A DNA stretch of 48,500 nt from Deltaproteobacteria bacterium (GTDB taxonomy: Bacteria > Myxococcota > JACRCW01 > JAFGSX01): positions 1 to 48,500 of the forward strand of contig JAFGSX010000608.1 in assembly GCA_016934455.1 (NCBI GenBank). Reading direction: 5' to 3'. The notes beneath the pieces are model-generated. The model was given only the letters and a program-made list of their open reading frames with translations, ran no database searches and was not told the DNA's origin. Position numbers and translations under genes: made by a program. Below, one piece after another: positions 1-8,311 of this stretch (the first letter of the stretch is position 1; the number at the start of each line of letters is the position of its first letter).

Positions 1-2
1 CG

Positions 3-3000
3 GATTGCGCCCCGGGCCTGGCCTGCAACCGCAAGGTCTGCCGCCTCCCATGCGCCGCCGGCGACACCACCTGCAACAGCGGCACTTACTGCGAGCTGGA
101 CCAGAGCGGAGCCCGCGGTTTCTGCACCGCGCTCGGCAGCTCCCTCGACACGAGCGCCGAGGAGGAGAGCGGCAACTTCCTGATCAGCGAGCCGAGCGTG
201 TCGTTCTCCAACATCCGGACCGAGGCGACGTTCGCGGTCGTCAACCTGGGGCAGACCAACCGGAGCTTCAGGCTCAAAAAGGCCTACCACGGCCTGTACG
301 ACGCCAACAACGCCACCATCGAGCAGGTGGACGAATTCAGACGCACCTGCGATCCGGGGACCGCCGGGACCTGCCCGCTGCCGTGGCTCTCGATCGCGGT
401 CGGCAGCGGCGCCGCGACCACCGACGACGAGATCGACTTCTCGATCCAGGGGGGCTGCCCGGCGCCCAAGGCCTGCGCCGACGGCTGCCCGGCCGACATG
501 CAGTGCGGCAACGATGGACTCTGCGTTTGCCAGAACCCGGCCACCTGCGAGGATCACGCGCTGTGCACCGTGCAGATTCGGCTGAGCGGGGCGGAGACGC
601 GCCCCAGCGCGGCCTCCCGCTGGAGCGGCGTGCTCGAGGTGACCCGGCTGCACGGCCGCACGCAGCGGATCAACCTCGACTATCGCGAGACCAGCGCCGG
701 CCAGTGGATCGGCACCATGTACTACTTCTCCGGCTTCGGCGACGGCAACATCGACACCTGGCTGCAGAGCGATCACAGCGATCTGACCCTGCTGGAAAAC
801 GTGGGCAACGCGTTCGTCAAGCGCTGGGCGCAGTTCCGGCGCGGCCAGAGCGGCGGCATCTCGGAGGACGAATTCGACGCCGTGGTGCTCTCCACCATCG
901 ACGGCACCTGGCGCTGGCCGTCGGTCATGCAGGCCTGCCGCGACCTCTACGGCATCGACTACTGCTACCTGACCGAGGCCGGGCCGGTGCAGTACTCCAA
1001 CGATTTTGTCGCCAAGCCGATCCCGACCGGCGTGGTCGAACTGCCGTTCGCCCTCAACCTGCGACCGGTCAACACACCCGCCAATTCGCTCACCGGCAAG
1101 ATCGTGTCGAGCTACGCGCTGCAGTTCCTGGGCGACCCGGCGCTCCGGCTGACCTTTTCCGCCGCGCCCGGCACCTGTGCGGCGGGCACCGCGGCTGCGA
1201 CCTGCATCAGCCCGATCGTCGACCTCGGCCTGCCGAGCGTGGCGCCATTCGCCGCCCCGCGCGGCATCGACGTGCGCGTCGGCGGCCGCTACGCCACCAG
1301 CGCGGGCGACGGCGGCTGCGCGCAGCGACCCGGCATCGGGTTCGCGCTCAATGCCACGCCGTGGCTGGTGCCCGGCTTCGTGCCGCCGGGCTTTCTCTAC
1401 AACGACGAGAGCGAGCGTCTGGCCGCGCCGGGTTACGCCTACGAGTGCCGCGATCAGCTACTGCCCTACTTCCGCACGCCGACCGTGCCGGACGACCTGG
1501 CGCGCATCAACCTGAGCCTGGCCGCTTCCAATCCGATTCCCGACGGCCGGCCGCGCCGTCGCAGCATCGAGCTGGTCGACGGATTCATGCTCGACAACGA
1601 GCAGATCTACCTGCTGGTGCGCGAGTCGTTCGGCGTGCAGACCGGGCCTGCCGAGGAACACCAGTATGCCGGCTACGCGCTGATCACGCTCAAGCGCAAC
1701 GCGGTGACGCTCGACGCTGTCGACGCCAACCTGAACAGCATAGCCGACGTCTTCGAGGGCAACGACTACTCGGCGGAGACGCGCAGCTTCCCGGCCGACA
1801 ACCTGCTGTCGCCGAGCTGCAGTCCCAACATCCTGCGCCAGATCATCGGCGCCCAGCCGCTCACCGCCAGCAACGCCAGCAATGTGGCGTTGACGATCCT
1901 GAGGGGCACCATTCCCGGCGCCGGGGCCACGGTCATCCATCCGCGCAGCGAGGATCTCAACGGCAATGGCGCGCTCGATCCGGGCGAGGACGCCAACGGC
2001 AACGGCGTGTTGAACGTCAACCTCTACGCCGGCAACTACGAGGTGCACTGGTTCTGCGAGGACAACGGCCTGATCGACGGCGGCGTCGAGAGCGCCAACA
2101 GCGCCAGCCTGCCGGCAGAGGCCGACGATAGCTGCCCCGACTACGCGGCCAATGGCCTGTGCGAGGACGGCGGACCGCTGGCGGTCAGCGATGTCTGCCC
2201 GTTTGCCACCGATCTCACCGACTGCGGCCCGCGGCGGCTGGGCGACCTGCGCGTGCCCTGCCCGTGGGAGAGCCGCGTCGTCTACTTCGTGGTCGACCGC
2301 ACCCGCTACAGCCAGAGCGACATCGCGGCCCTACCCTGCCAGGATCCCGACGACGGCGATAGCTGCTGGCCGGTGATCAAGCAGTGGGAGGCCACCGGCA
2401 CGGCGACCCTCGATCCGGTGTGGCGCTGCCGCGACTCCAACCTCGCCTACTGCAACGGCAGCCGCACCGAGCTGCGGGACGGCAAGGTCTTTTACCTGCC
2501 GGCGCCCACCTCGGGCGCCAAGTTCCTGCCGCTGCTGAGCGAGATCGAACAGGCGTTCCGCTACAAGACCCGCTTTGTCAGCCGCGGCGGCACTGCGCTC
2601 GGTTTTGCCCCCGACCTGTGCGACCCCGAGAGCGACCAGGTGCCCTACTGCTACGATCCGGCCGGCATCGAGCGCATCGCCCAGCGCATCGACTGCCTGC
2701 TCGACATCCACCGCAATTACTACGGCTCGGCCCAGGTGCCGCAGGCGACCAAAGACGCGATCGTCGCCTTCTTGCGCCAGAGCTTCGCCTATGACGGCGC
2801 CACCGCGCGCGATGGCTACGAGCGGCTGTTCGCCGAGCTGATGATCACCCTCGGCGACGAGCACTTCACCGCGGCGTTCGCCTCGCGTTTCGACCTGGCC
2901 GGCACCCAGCTACACGACTTCGAGGGCTCGGCGTTCGAGGTGGGTGGCATCAACCTCTCGGGCGGCGCCGGACACGAGATGTACAGCCTGTACCTGGCTT

Positions 3001-5210
3001 CGCAGTACTACCAGCTGGTGCTCGACCGCTTCTACGCGCTGAGCCCGGCGATCTGGGCGTCGATCGCGGCGGCGGTGCCGGGCAGCTCGTTCGTCACCCA
3101 GGCCACGGTGGTCAGCTACCTGACCAAGGTGGCGCGCGCCTCGACCCAGAAGGCGCGCGCGGCCAGCGAGATCGCGGCGCGCTACCAGATGTTCAACCGC
3201 GCCGAGCTGGCGCGGCGCGTGGTCGAGCGCGTCTACACCGCCACCTACCTCGAGTCGCTGCTGCTGTCGCGGCTGATCAGCGAGATCACCACCCGGCTCG
3301 CCCCCGACGACGTGCCGCAGGTGGCGGCCACGCTCGAGGACATCCAGCGCCGCTACCGGGTGGCGCTGGCCGACATGCGCACCGCCTACAGCAAGCTCAC
3401 CGACGAGATCACCTACTTTGGTTTCCCACCGGACTACATCCCGTTTCCGGCGCTCGACGTCGATCCGGGCAGCAACGCCTTTGCCCTGCTCTACGCCTCG
3501 GCGCAGCAGAAGGTGGCGCTGGCCGCCGAGCGCGAGCAGACCGCGCTCGAGCAGAACCGCACCTTTGCCACCGACAGCGAGACTTTTCAGCAGGAGCTGG
3601 CCAACCTGCGCACCAACTACGAGCGGCAGCTCGGAGACCTGTGCGGCACCTTCGTCGGCAGCGACGGCAGCGTCCATCCCGCGATCCCGCTCTACGCCGC
3701 GCAGAACCCGCGGGCGTCGATCTTCGGCGATCCGTGCGGGTTGCTGGGCAACGGCGGGCTGAACGACGCGCTGGTGCAGGTCGAGCTGGCCGGGATCGAC
3801 CTCGAAAAGGCGCTCGAGGCGGAGCGGGCCGGCAACGACCGCATCGAGCTCGAGATGAACCGGGTGGCGGCGCAGTGCGACGAGATCCGCGAGACGGTCG
3901 ACTTCGAGTACCAGCAGGCGGGCGCCAAGATCGCGCTCAACACCCTGATCAAGACCACCGAGAAGACGATGGAGGAGGTCGCCTTCATCTATGAGTTCAC
4001 GCGCGACGTGCTCACCTATTCGGCATGCATCGCCGGCACCGCCACCGACTGCCCGGTCAAGGGCATGAGCATCAACGGGATCCTCAACCTCGGCGTCGGC
4101 CGCATCATCGGCGAGGGGATTGCCCGCGCCGCGCTGATCTCGATGGAAGAAGGCATCGCCGGCATCGACCGGAGGACCGCCCAGTTCACCGGCCTGCAGC
4201 AGTGCGACCTGGCGCAGATCGAGAGCACGGCCAAGGTCATGGACATGGTGATCGGGCTGCGCACGGCCGAGCTCGACATCAAGCGCGCGCAGTACCAGCT
4301 ACAGCTCGCGCTCTCGGACCTGCAGCGGTTGCGCAACCAGGAGCTGGCGCTGCTCGGCGAGTGGGAGGAGGCGCAGCAGCTCATGATCAACGTCCAGGCT
4401 GCGCGCAACGACCCCAACGTCCGCATCTACCGCAACGACGCGGTGATCAACGCCGACATCGCCTTCAAGGACGCGCTGGCCGAGGTCTACCGGGCGACCA
4501 AGGTCTACGAGTACTACACCAGCACCAGCTACGCCGACCTGGAGAAGCTGTTCCTGGTCCGCATGGTGCGCGCCGGCGACTACAGCCTGGAGAACTACCT
4601 GATCCAGCTCGGCAACGACTTCGGGGCATTTGAGGAGAGCTACGGCCGCCCCGACACCCGCGTCGCCATCCTCTCGCTGCGCGACGACATCCTGGCGATA
4701 CCGCGCCTGGGCGAGGGCGACCGGCCGCTCACCGAGAGCGCCCGCATCCAGGGCTTCCGCGAGCGGCTCACCGACGGCTCGCTGCTCGACAAGGACGGCT
4801 ACCTGGTCGGCGAATTCGCCACCTCGTTCCGCCGCCTGTCGCCGCTCACCCGCAACCACAAGATCCTTTACGTCGAGGCCGAGCTGGTCGGGGTCGGCGC
4901 CGGCGACGACGTGGCCAGGCTCTACCTGATCCAGCAGGGCACCAGCACGGTGCGCACTCTCGACGACAGCAAGGTGTTCTACCAGTTCGAGCCGCGCACC
5001 GCGGTCGTCAACGCCTTTCTCAATGGCGACCGCGTCTACGCCGAGTCCGAGCTCTACAGGAATTACCGGCTGCGCGACCGGCCGCTGGTCAACTCGGCCT
5101 ACAGGCTGGTGCTCAACCTGGTCGACGAGTTCGAGAACATGGACGTCGACCTGGCCAACCTCGACGACGTGCGGCTGTACGTCTACTACACCGACTTCAC
5201 GCAGTACTGA
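3..5210 (+). CDS. Giant secreted Cys-rich / helical protein of unknown function, 5'-partial (continues upstream of the window)
   Basis: The frame of the 198..5210 ORF is already open from nt 3 (DCAPGLACNRKVCRLPCAAGDTTCNSGTYC...), so ATG-198 is probably internal. Cys-knot modules lie at the N-terminal end and around nt 2130-2400. A long helical, heptad-like stretch runs from about nt 2900 to 4560, followed by a beta-rich tail ending LDDVRLYVYYTDFTQY*. Overlapping ORFs in other frames are Arg/Ala/Pro-rich junk. Confidence 0.85.
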   Translation, partial: DCAPGLACNRKVCRLPCAAGDTTCNSGTYCELDQSGARGFCTALGSSLDTSAEEESGNFLISEPSVSFSNIRTEATFAVVNLGQTNRSFRLKKAYHGLYDANNATIEQVDEFRRTCDPGTAGTCPLPWLSIAVGSGAATTDDEIDFSIQGGCPAPKACADGCPADMQCGNDGLCVCQNPATCEDHALCTVQIRLSGAETRPSAASRWSGVLEVTRLHGRTQRINLDYRETSAGQWIGTMYYFSGFGDGNIDTWLQSDHSDLTLLENVGNAFVKRWAQFRRGQSGGISEDEFDAVVLSTIDGTWRWPSVMQACRDLYGIDYCYLTEAGPVQYSNDFVAKPIPTGVVELPFALNLRPVNTPANSLTGKIVSSYALQFLGDPALRLTFSAAPGTCAAGTAAATCISPIVDLGLPSVAPFAAPRGIDVRVGGRYATSAGDGGCAQRPGIGFALNATPWLVPGFVPPGFLYNDESERLAAPGYAYECRDQLLPYFRTPTVPDDLARINLSLAASNPIPDGRPRRRSIELVDGFMLDNEQIYLLVRESFGVQTGPAEEHQYAGYALITLKRNAVTLDAVDANLNSIADVFEGNDYSAETRSFPADNLLSPSCSPNILRQIIGAQPLTASNASNVALTILRGTIPGAGATVIHPRSEDLNGNGALDPGEDANGNGVLNVNLYAGNYEVHWFCEDNGLIDGGVESANSASLPAEADDSCPDYAANGLCEDGGPLAVSDVCPFATDLTDCGPRRLGDLRVPCPWESRVVYFVVDRTRYSQSDIAALPCQDPDDGDSCWPVIKQWEATGTATLDPVWRCRDSNLAYCNGSRTELRDGKVFYLPAPTSGAKFLPLLSEIEQAFRYKTRFVSRGGTALGFAPDLCDPESDQVPYCYDPAGIERIAQRIDCLLDIHRNYYGSAQVPQATKDAIVAFLRQSFAYDGATARDGYERLFAELMITLGDEHFTAAFASRFDLAGTQLHDFEGSAFEVGGINLSGGAGHEMYSLYLASQYYQLVLDRFYALSPAIWASIAAAVPGSSFVTQATVVSYLTKVARASTQKARAASEIAARYQMFNRAELARRVVERVYTATYLESLLLSRLISEITTRLAPDDVPQVAATLEDIQRRYRVALADMRTAYSKLTDEITYFGFPPDYIPFPALDVDPGSNAFALLYASAQQKVALAAEREQTALEQNRTFATDSETFQQELANLRTNYERQLGDLCGTFVGSDGSVHPAIPLYAAQNPRASIFGDPCGLLGNGGLNDALVQVELAGIDLEKALEAERAGNDRIELEMNRVAAQCDEIRETVDFEYQQAGAKIALNTLIKTTEKTMEEVAFIYEFTRDVLTYSACIAGTATDCPVKGMSINGILNLGVGRIIGEGIARAALISMEEGIAGIDRRTAQFTGLQQCDLAQIESTAKVMDMVIGLRTAELDIKRAQYQLQLALSDLQRLRNQELALLGEWEEAQQLMINVQAARNDPNVRIYRNDAVINADIAFKDALAEVYRATKVYEYYTSTSYADLEKLFLVRMVRAGDYSLENYLIQLGNDFGAFEESYGRPDTRVAILSLRDDILAIPRLGEGDRPLTESARIQGFRERLTDGSLLDKDGYLVGEFATSFRRLSPLTRNHKILYVEAELVGVGAGDDVARLYLIQQGTSTVRTLDDSKVFYQFEPRTAVVNAFLNGDRVYAESELYRNYRLRDRPLVNSAYRLVLNLVDEFENMDVDLANLDDVRLYVYYTDFTQY

Positions 5211-5310
5211 GCTTCGGCGCGACCGCAGCACCCGCGGCTGGTGACCGGCGTCAAGCTTTAATTTGCCCGGTCCTTGACAACCAAGGCCAGACGCCCTTTT
5301 CGTTGGGGCT

Positions 5311-6294
5311 ATGGCACGCGTACTGATCGCCTATGGCACTCATCGCCTGAGCAAGGACAGCAACGGGCAACCCGCGCTCGAGATGCACATCCTGTCGACC
5401 GTGGCCCAGGTCGAATCGGCGCTGCTCGAAAAGAACCACCGCATCGAACGGGCGGCTTTCTCGCGCGACCCGCGCCACTTCTGGGGGCGCGCCAAGCGCT
5501 ACCGGCCCGACGTCATCTTCAACCTGTGCGAGCAGGTGTCGGGCGACTGCACGCTCGAGAAGAACGCCGCCGCGGTGTTCGAGCTGGGGCGCTTCGACTA
5601 CACCGGCAGCCGGCAGTTGACGCTGGGTCTGTGTCAGGACAAGGCGCTGACCAAGAGCCTGCTCAAGTCGGCCAAGATCCCGACGCCGCCGTTCGCGGTG
5701 GTGCCGGTGGGCGAGACGATCGACGATTTCGAGCTGCCGGCGATCGTCAAGCCGACGCGCACAGACGGCTCGCTCGGCATCACCGCCCGCTCGGTGGTCA
5801 AGTCCCGCAAGGCGCTGCGACGGCGCGTCCAGTACGTCCACCGCTGGTTCAAGCAGCCGGCGCTGGTCGAGGCCTACGTGGCCGGCCGCGAGTTCCACGT
5901 GGCGCTGCTCGGCAACCAGGACCCCGAGGTGCTGGCCGTGGCCGAGCTGTCCTACGCCGGTTTGCCCAAACACGTGCCGCGGATCTGCTCCTACTCGGCC
6001 AAGTGGCGGCCGATGAGCGACTACTTCCGCTTCACCACGCCGGTGTTGCCGGCTCCGGTGAGCGCCGGGCTGCGGCGCCGGCTCGAGGAGAGCGCGCTGG
6101 CCGCGCACCGGCTGCTCGGACTGCGCGGCTACGCCCGGGTCGACTTTCGCGCCGGCCAGGGCAGCCCGCAGATCATCGAGGTCAACCCCAATCCCGACAT
6201 CTCCCACGACGCGGGCATGACGCGCGCGGCGCTGCACGCCGGGATGAGCTACCCGGACCTGATCGATCGCATCGTGCAGCTCGGCATGGAGTGA
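5311..6294 (+). CDS. ATP-grasp ligase, D-Ala-D-Ala ligase/RimK-like
   Basis: 327 aa. ATP-grasp motifs appear in canonical order: LPAIVKPTRTDGSLGI, ALVEAYVAGREFHVALLG, GYARVDFR...IIEVNPNPDIS (E-x-N metal/ATP site). Confidence 0.85.
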   Translation: MARVLIAYGTHRLSKDSNGQPALEMHILSTVAQVESALLEKNHRIERAAFSRDPRHFWGRAKRYRPDVIFNLCEQVSGDCTLEKNAAAVFELGRFDYTGSRQLTLGLCQDKALTKSLLKSAKIPTPPFAVVPVGETIDDFELPAIVKPTRTDGSLGITARSVVKSRKALRRRVQYVHRWFKQPALVEAYVAGREFHVALLGNQDPEVLAVAELSYAGLPKHVPRICSYSAKWRPMSDYFRFTTPVLPAPVSAGLRRRLEESALAAHRLLGLRGYARVDFRAGQGSPQIIEVNPNPDISHDAGMTRAALHAGMSYPDLIDRIVQLGME

Positions 6295-6297
6295 GCG

Positions 6298-7350
6298 GTG
6301 CGCCTCTCGTACAAGCTGCTCAACGACCCCGCCGTGGTCAAGACCGAGTTGCTGTCGACCCGGGTCTGCGATCTCAAGCTCAAGCTGGCCGGCTCCATGC
6401 TGCAGAGCTGCATCGACCGCGCGATCGCGGAGGTGCAGGAATTCGGCGTCGAGCTGCGGCCGTACTTCTACCTCTCGGACGCCTACGGTTGCGTGCAGAA
6501 CACGGCCAACATCGGCCTCGGGTTCTGGGACGTCAGCGAGCCGCTGCGCGAGATCTACCGCGACGCGCGCGGCCAGAACCGCGACGAGGTCGACCTGGTG
6601 CTGCTGCTCAAGCACGAGATCGGCCACGCCTTCTGCTACGCCCACAAGCTCTATCAGCTTTCCGACTTCAGGCGCGTCTTTCGCATCCGCGGCCACTTCT
6701 TCGCCACCTATCCCGACCACAACCGCTTTCCGGTCGACCCCTACAGCGTCGACCACGTCAACCCCGACTACGATCACTACGCCCAGAAGCACCCGGACGA
6801 CGATTTCGCCGAGACCTTTGCCACCTTCATCGATCCCGACGCCGCCTGGCGCGAGCGCTACCGGGCGCGCAGCGGCGCCATGCGCAAGATCACCTTCGTG
6901 GCCCAGTTGATCGCGGCCTATGGCCGCGCCGCCCCCGAGGTCGAGCCCGGCTCCGGGGTGCTCGATCTGCCGGTCGAGCGCATCCGCAAGACGGTGGCGC
7001 AATTCCTGCGCATCGGGCGCACGCGCTACCTGCGCGCGGCCGACGGCTACCTCGACGACGATCTGCGCCGCATCTTTCACAACCCGGGGCGCCGGCAGCG
7101 GGTGGCGCTGGCCCGCGATCTGCTGCGACGCTACCGCAAGTTCATCGAGTTCTCGGTCAACAAGCGGGTGCGGCCGCATGACGCCCGGGCCGTGACCGAC
7201 CTGCTGGACAAGGTGCGCAGCCGTCTGGTCGCGCTGGGCCTGGTCTACGACGTCGACGACCAGGACAAGGCGCTGGCCGAGCTGTACGGCTTGATCTTGC
7301 ACAAGAGCTTCGTCTTCCATCGCTTTGGCACGTTTCGCAATGGCCAGTAG
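6298..7350 (+). CDS. Zinc-binding metallopeptidase family protein (HExxH; Peptidase_Mx-like)
   Basis: GTG start 3 nt after the ATP-grasp stop. It has a HEIGH zincin motif (LLLKHEIGHAF) and a downstream YAQKHPDDDFAETFATF block, matching the HPxEDxAETxA block I recall for the 'putative zinc-binding metallopeptidase' family. Confidence 0.75.
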   Translation: MRLSYKLLNDPAVVKTELLSTRVCDLKLKLAGSMLQSCIDRAIAEVQEFGVELRPYFYLSDAYGCVQNTANIGLGFWDVSEPLREIYRDARGQNRDEVDLVLLLKHEIGHAFCYAHKLYQLSDFRRVFRIRGHFFATYPDHNRFPVDPYSVDHVNPDYDHYAQKHPDDDFAETFATFIDPDAAWRERYRARSGAMRKITFVAQLIAAYGRAAPEVEPGSGVLDLPVERIRKTVAQFLRIGRTRYLRAADGYLDDDLRRIFHNPGRRQRVALARDLLRRYRKFIEFSVNKRVRPHDARAVTDLLDKVRSRLVALGLVYDVDDQDKALAELYGLILHKSFVFHRFGTFRNGQ

Positions 7351-8311
7351 GCTCCCGAGCGCGCTCGCCGCGCTGGCGATCGCCGCTCTGCTGGCGGGCT
7401 GCCCGCCGCGCGACGAGGTGATCGTCTTCCACGCCGCGTCGCTGTCGCGGCTGTTCGGCGAGCTGGGCGAGGAGTTCGGGCGCTCTCGACCCGGGGCGCG
7501 GCTGCGCGCCGAACCGAGCGGGTCGCAGGAGGCGGCGCGCAAGGTGACCGAGCTCGGGCTGACGGCCGACCTGATCGCGGTCGCCGACGCCGCCGTCATC
7601 GACAACATGCTGCGACCGCGGCACGCCTCCTGGAACATCGTCTTCGCCACCAACGAGATCGTGCTGGCGCACAAGGACCACAGCCGGTTCACGGCCGAGG
7701 TGACCACGGACAACTGGCCCGAGGTGCTGCTGCGCGCGGGGGTGCGGCTCGGCCGCGTCGATCCCGACACCGCGCCGATCGGCTACTACCAGCTTCTGGC
7801 CTGGCAGCTATGCGAGCTGGAGCACCCGGGCGACCCCCGCTGGCAGCAGCTCGAGCGCCGGCTGCGGGAGCGGGTCGGCGCCGGACAGGTGGTGGCCGAC
7901 GAGTCGCTGCTGCTCGGCCTGCTCGAGTCGCGCAACGTCGACTACGCCTTCATGTACCGCTCGACCGCCGAGGACCACAACCTCAAGATCACCGCGCTCG
8001 AGCCGGGGTGCCATCTCGGCCGCTTCGACCTGGCACCTGGCTACGCGCGGGCGTCGACGCAGGTGCGGATGAAGGGTGGGCAGCGGGTCGAGGTGCGCGG
8101 CGCGCCCATCACCTACGGCCTGACCATCCTCGAGCGCGCGCCCCATCGCGCCGCGGCCGAAGAACTGGTCGCACTGCTGCTCGGAGAGCCGGGTCAGAGC
8201 GCGCTGCTGCGCGTGGGTTTCAGGCCGCTGCGGCCGGCCGCCAGCCAGCAGGTCGACCTGCTGCCCGAGACGCTGCAGCCGCTGGTCGCGAGGGCGACAA
8301 CCCAGCCATGA
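7340..8311 (+). CDS. wtpA: WtpA/ModA-type tungstate/molybdate ABC substrate-binding lipoprotein
   Basis: ATG 7340 gives MASRLPSALAALAIAALLAGC, a signal peptide with a canonical LAGC lipobox. The blocks VIVFHAASL, SGSQEAARKVTELGLTADLIAVAD, NIVFATNEIVLAH, DPDTAPIGYY and VDYAFMYRSTA parallel WtpA as I remember it. The TTG at 7325 in the ORF track is an upstream extension. Confidence 0.75.
   Translation: MASRLPSALAALAIAALLAGCPPRDEVIVFHAASLSRLFGELGEEFGRSRPGARLRAEPSGSQEAARKVTELGLTADLIAVADAAVIDNMLRPRHASWNIVFATNEIVLAHKDHSRFTAEVTTDNWPEVLLRAGVRLGRVDPDTAPIGYYQLLAWQLCELEHPGDPRWQQLERRLRERVGAGQVVADESLLLGLLESRNVDYAFMYRSTAEDHNLKITALEPGCHLGRFDLAPGYARASTQVRMKGGQRVEVRGAPITYGLTILERAPHRAAAEELVALLLGEPGQSALLRVGFRPLRPAASQQVDLLPETLQPLVARATTQP

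Noticed and set aside
198-200. ATG at 198, proposed by the ORF track as the start of the giant protein.
   Set aside because: The same frame is open back to nt 3 and already encodes Cys-knot sequence typical of this protein. The gene almost certainly begins upstream of the window.
5274-5279. A TTGACA hexamer upstream of the ATP-grasp gene as a sigma-70 -35 box.
   Set aside because: The sequence 17 bp downstream (TTTTCG) is a poor -10 element. Myxobacterial housekeeping promoters are in any case not reliably recognisable by E. coli consensus.
5251-7770. An 839-aa ORF on the minus strand. Similar long antisense or off-frame ORFs occur at 12051-14066(-), 19165-22422(-), 25910-28306(-), 30359-32236(-), 33883-35430(-), 35891-38266(-), 39811-41667(-) and 5-2131(+).
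   Set aside because: Their translations are monotonous Arg/Ala/Gly/Pro/Asp strings with no motifs. Each is fully overlapped by an ORF with clear domain signatures. Long stop-free alternative frames are expected in very GC-rich DNA.
7810-8307. Upstream extensions of ORF-track entries: 7810 for the ABC fusion, 22263 for the zinc-ribbon gene, 29168 for the MBL gene, 33640 for the MshEN-REC gene, 41252 for the NtrC gene, 43971 for the barrel and 48382 for the LamG gene.
   Set aside because: The extensions overlap the preceding or divergent gene in another frame and have junk-like composition. Each contains an internal start that has an RBS, a stop/start overlap, or produces a proper signal peptide or domain boundary.
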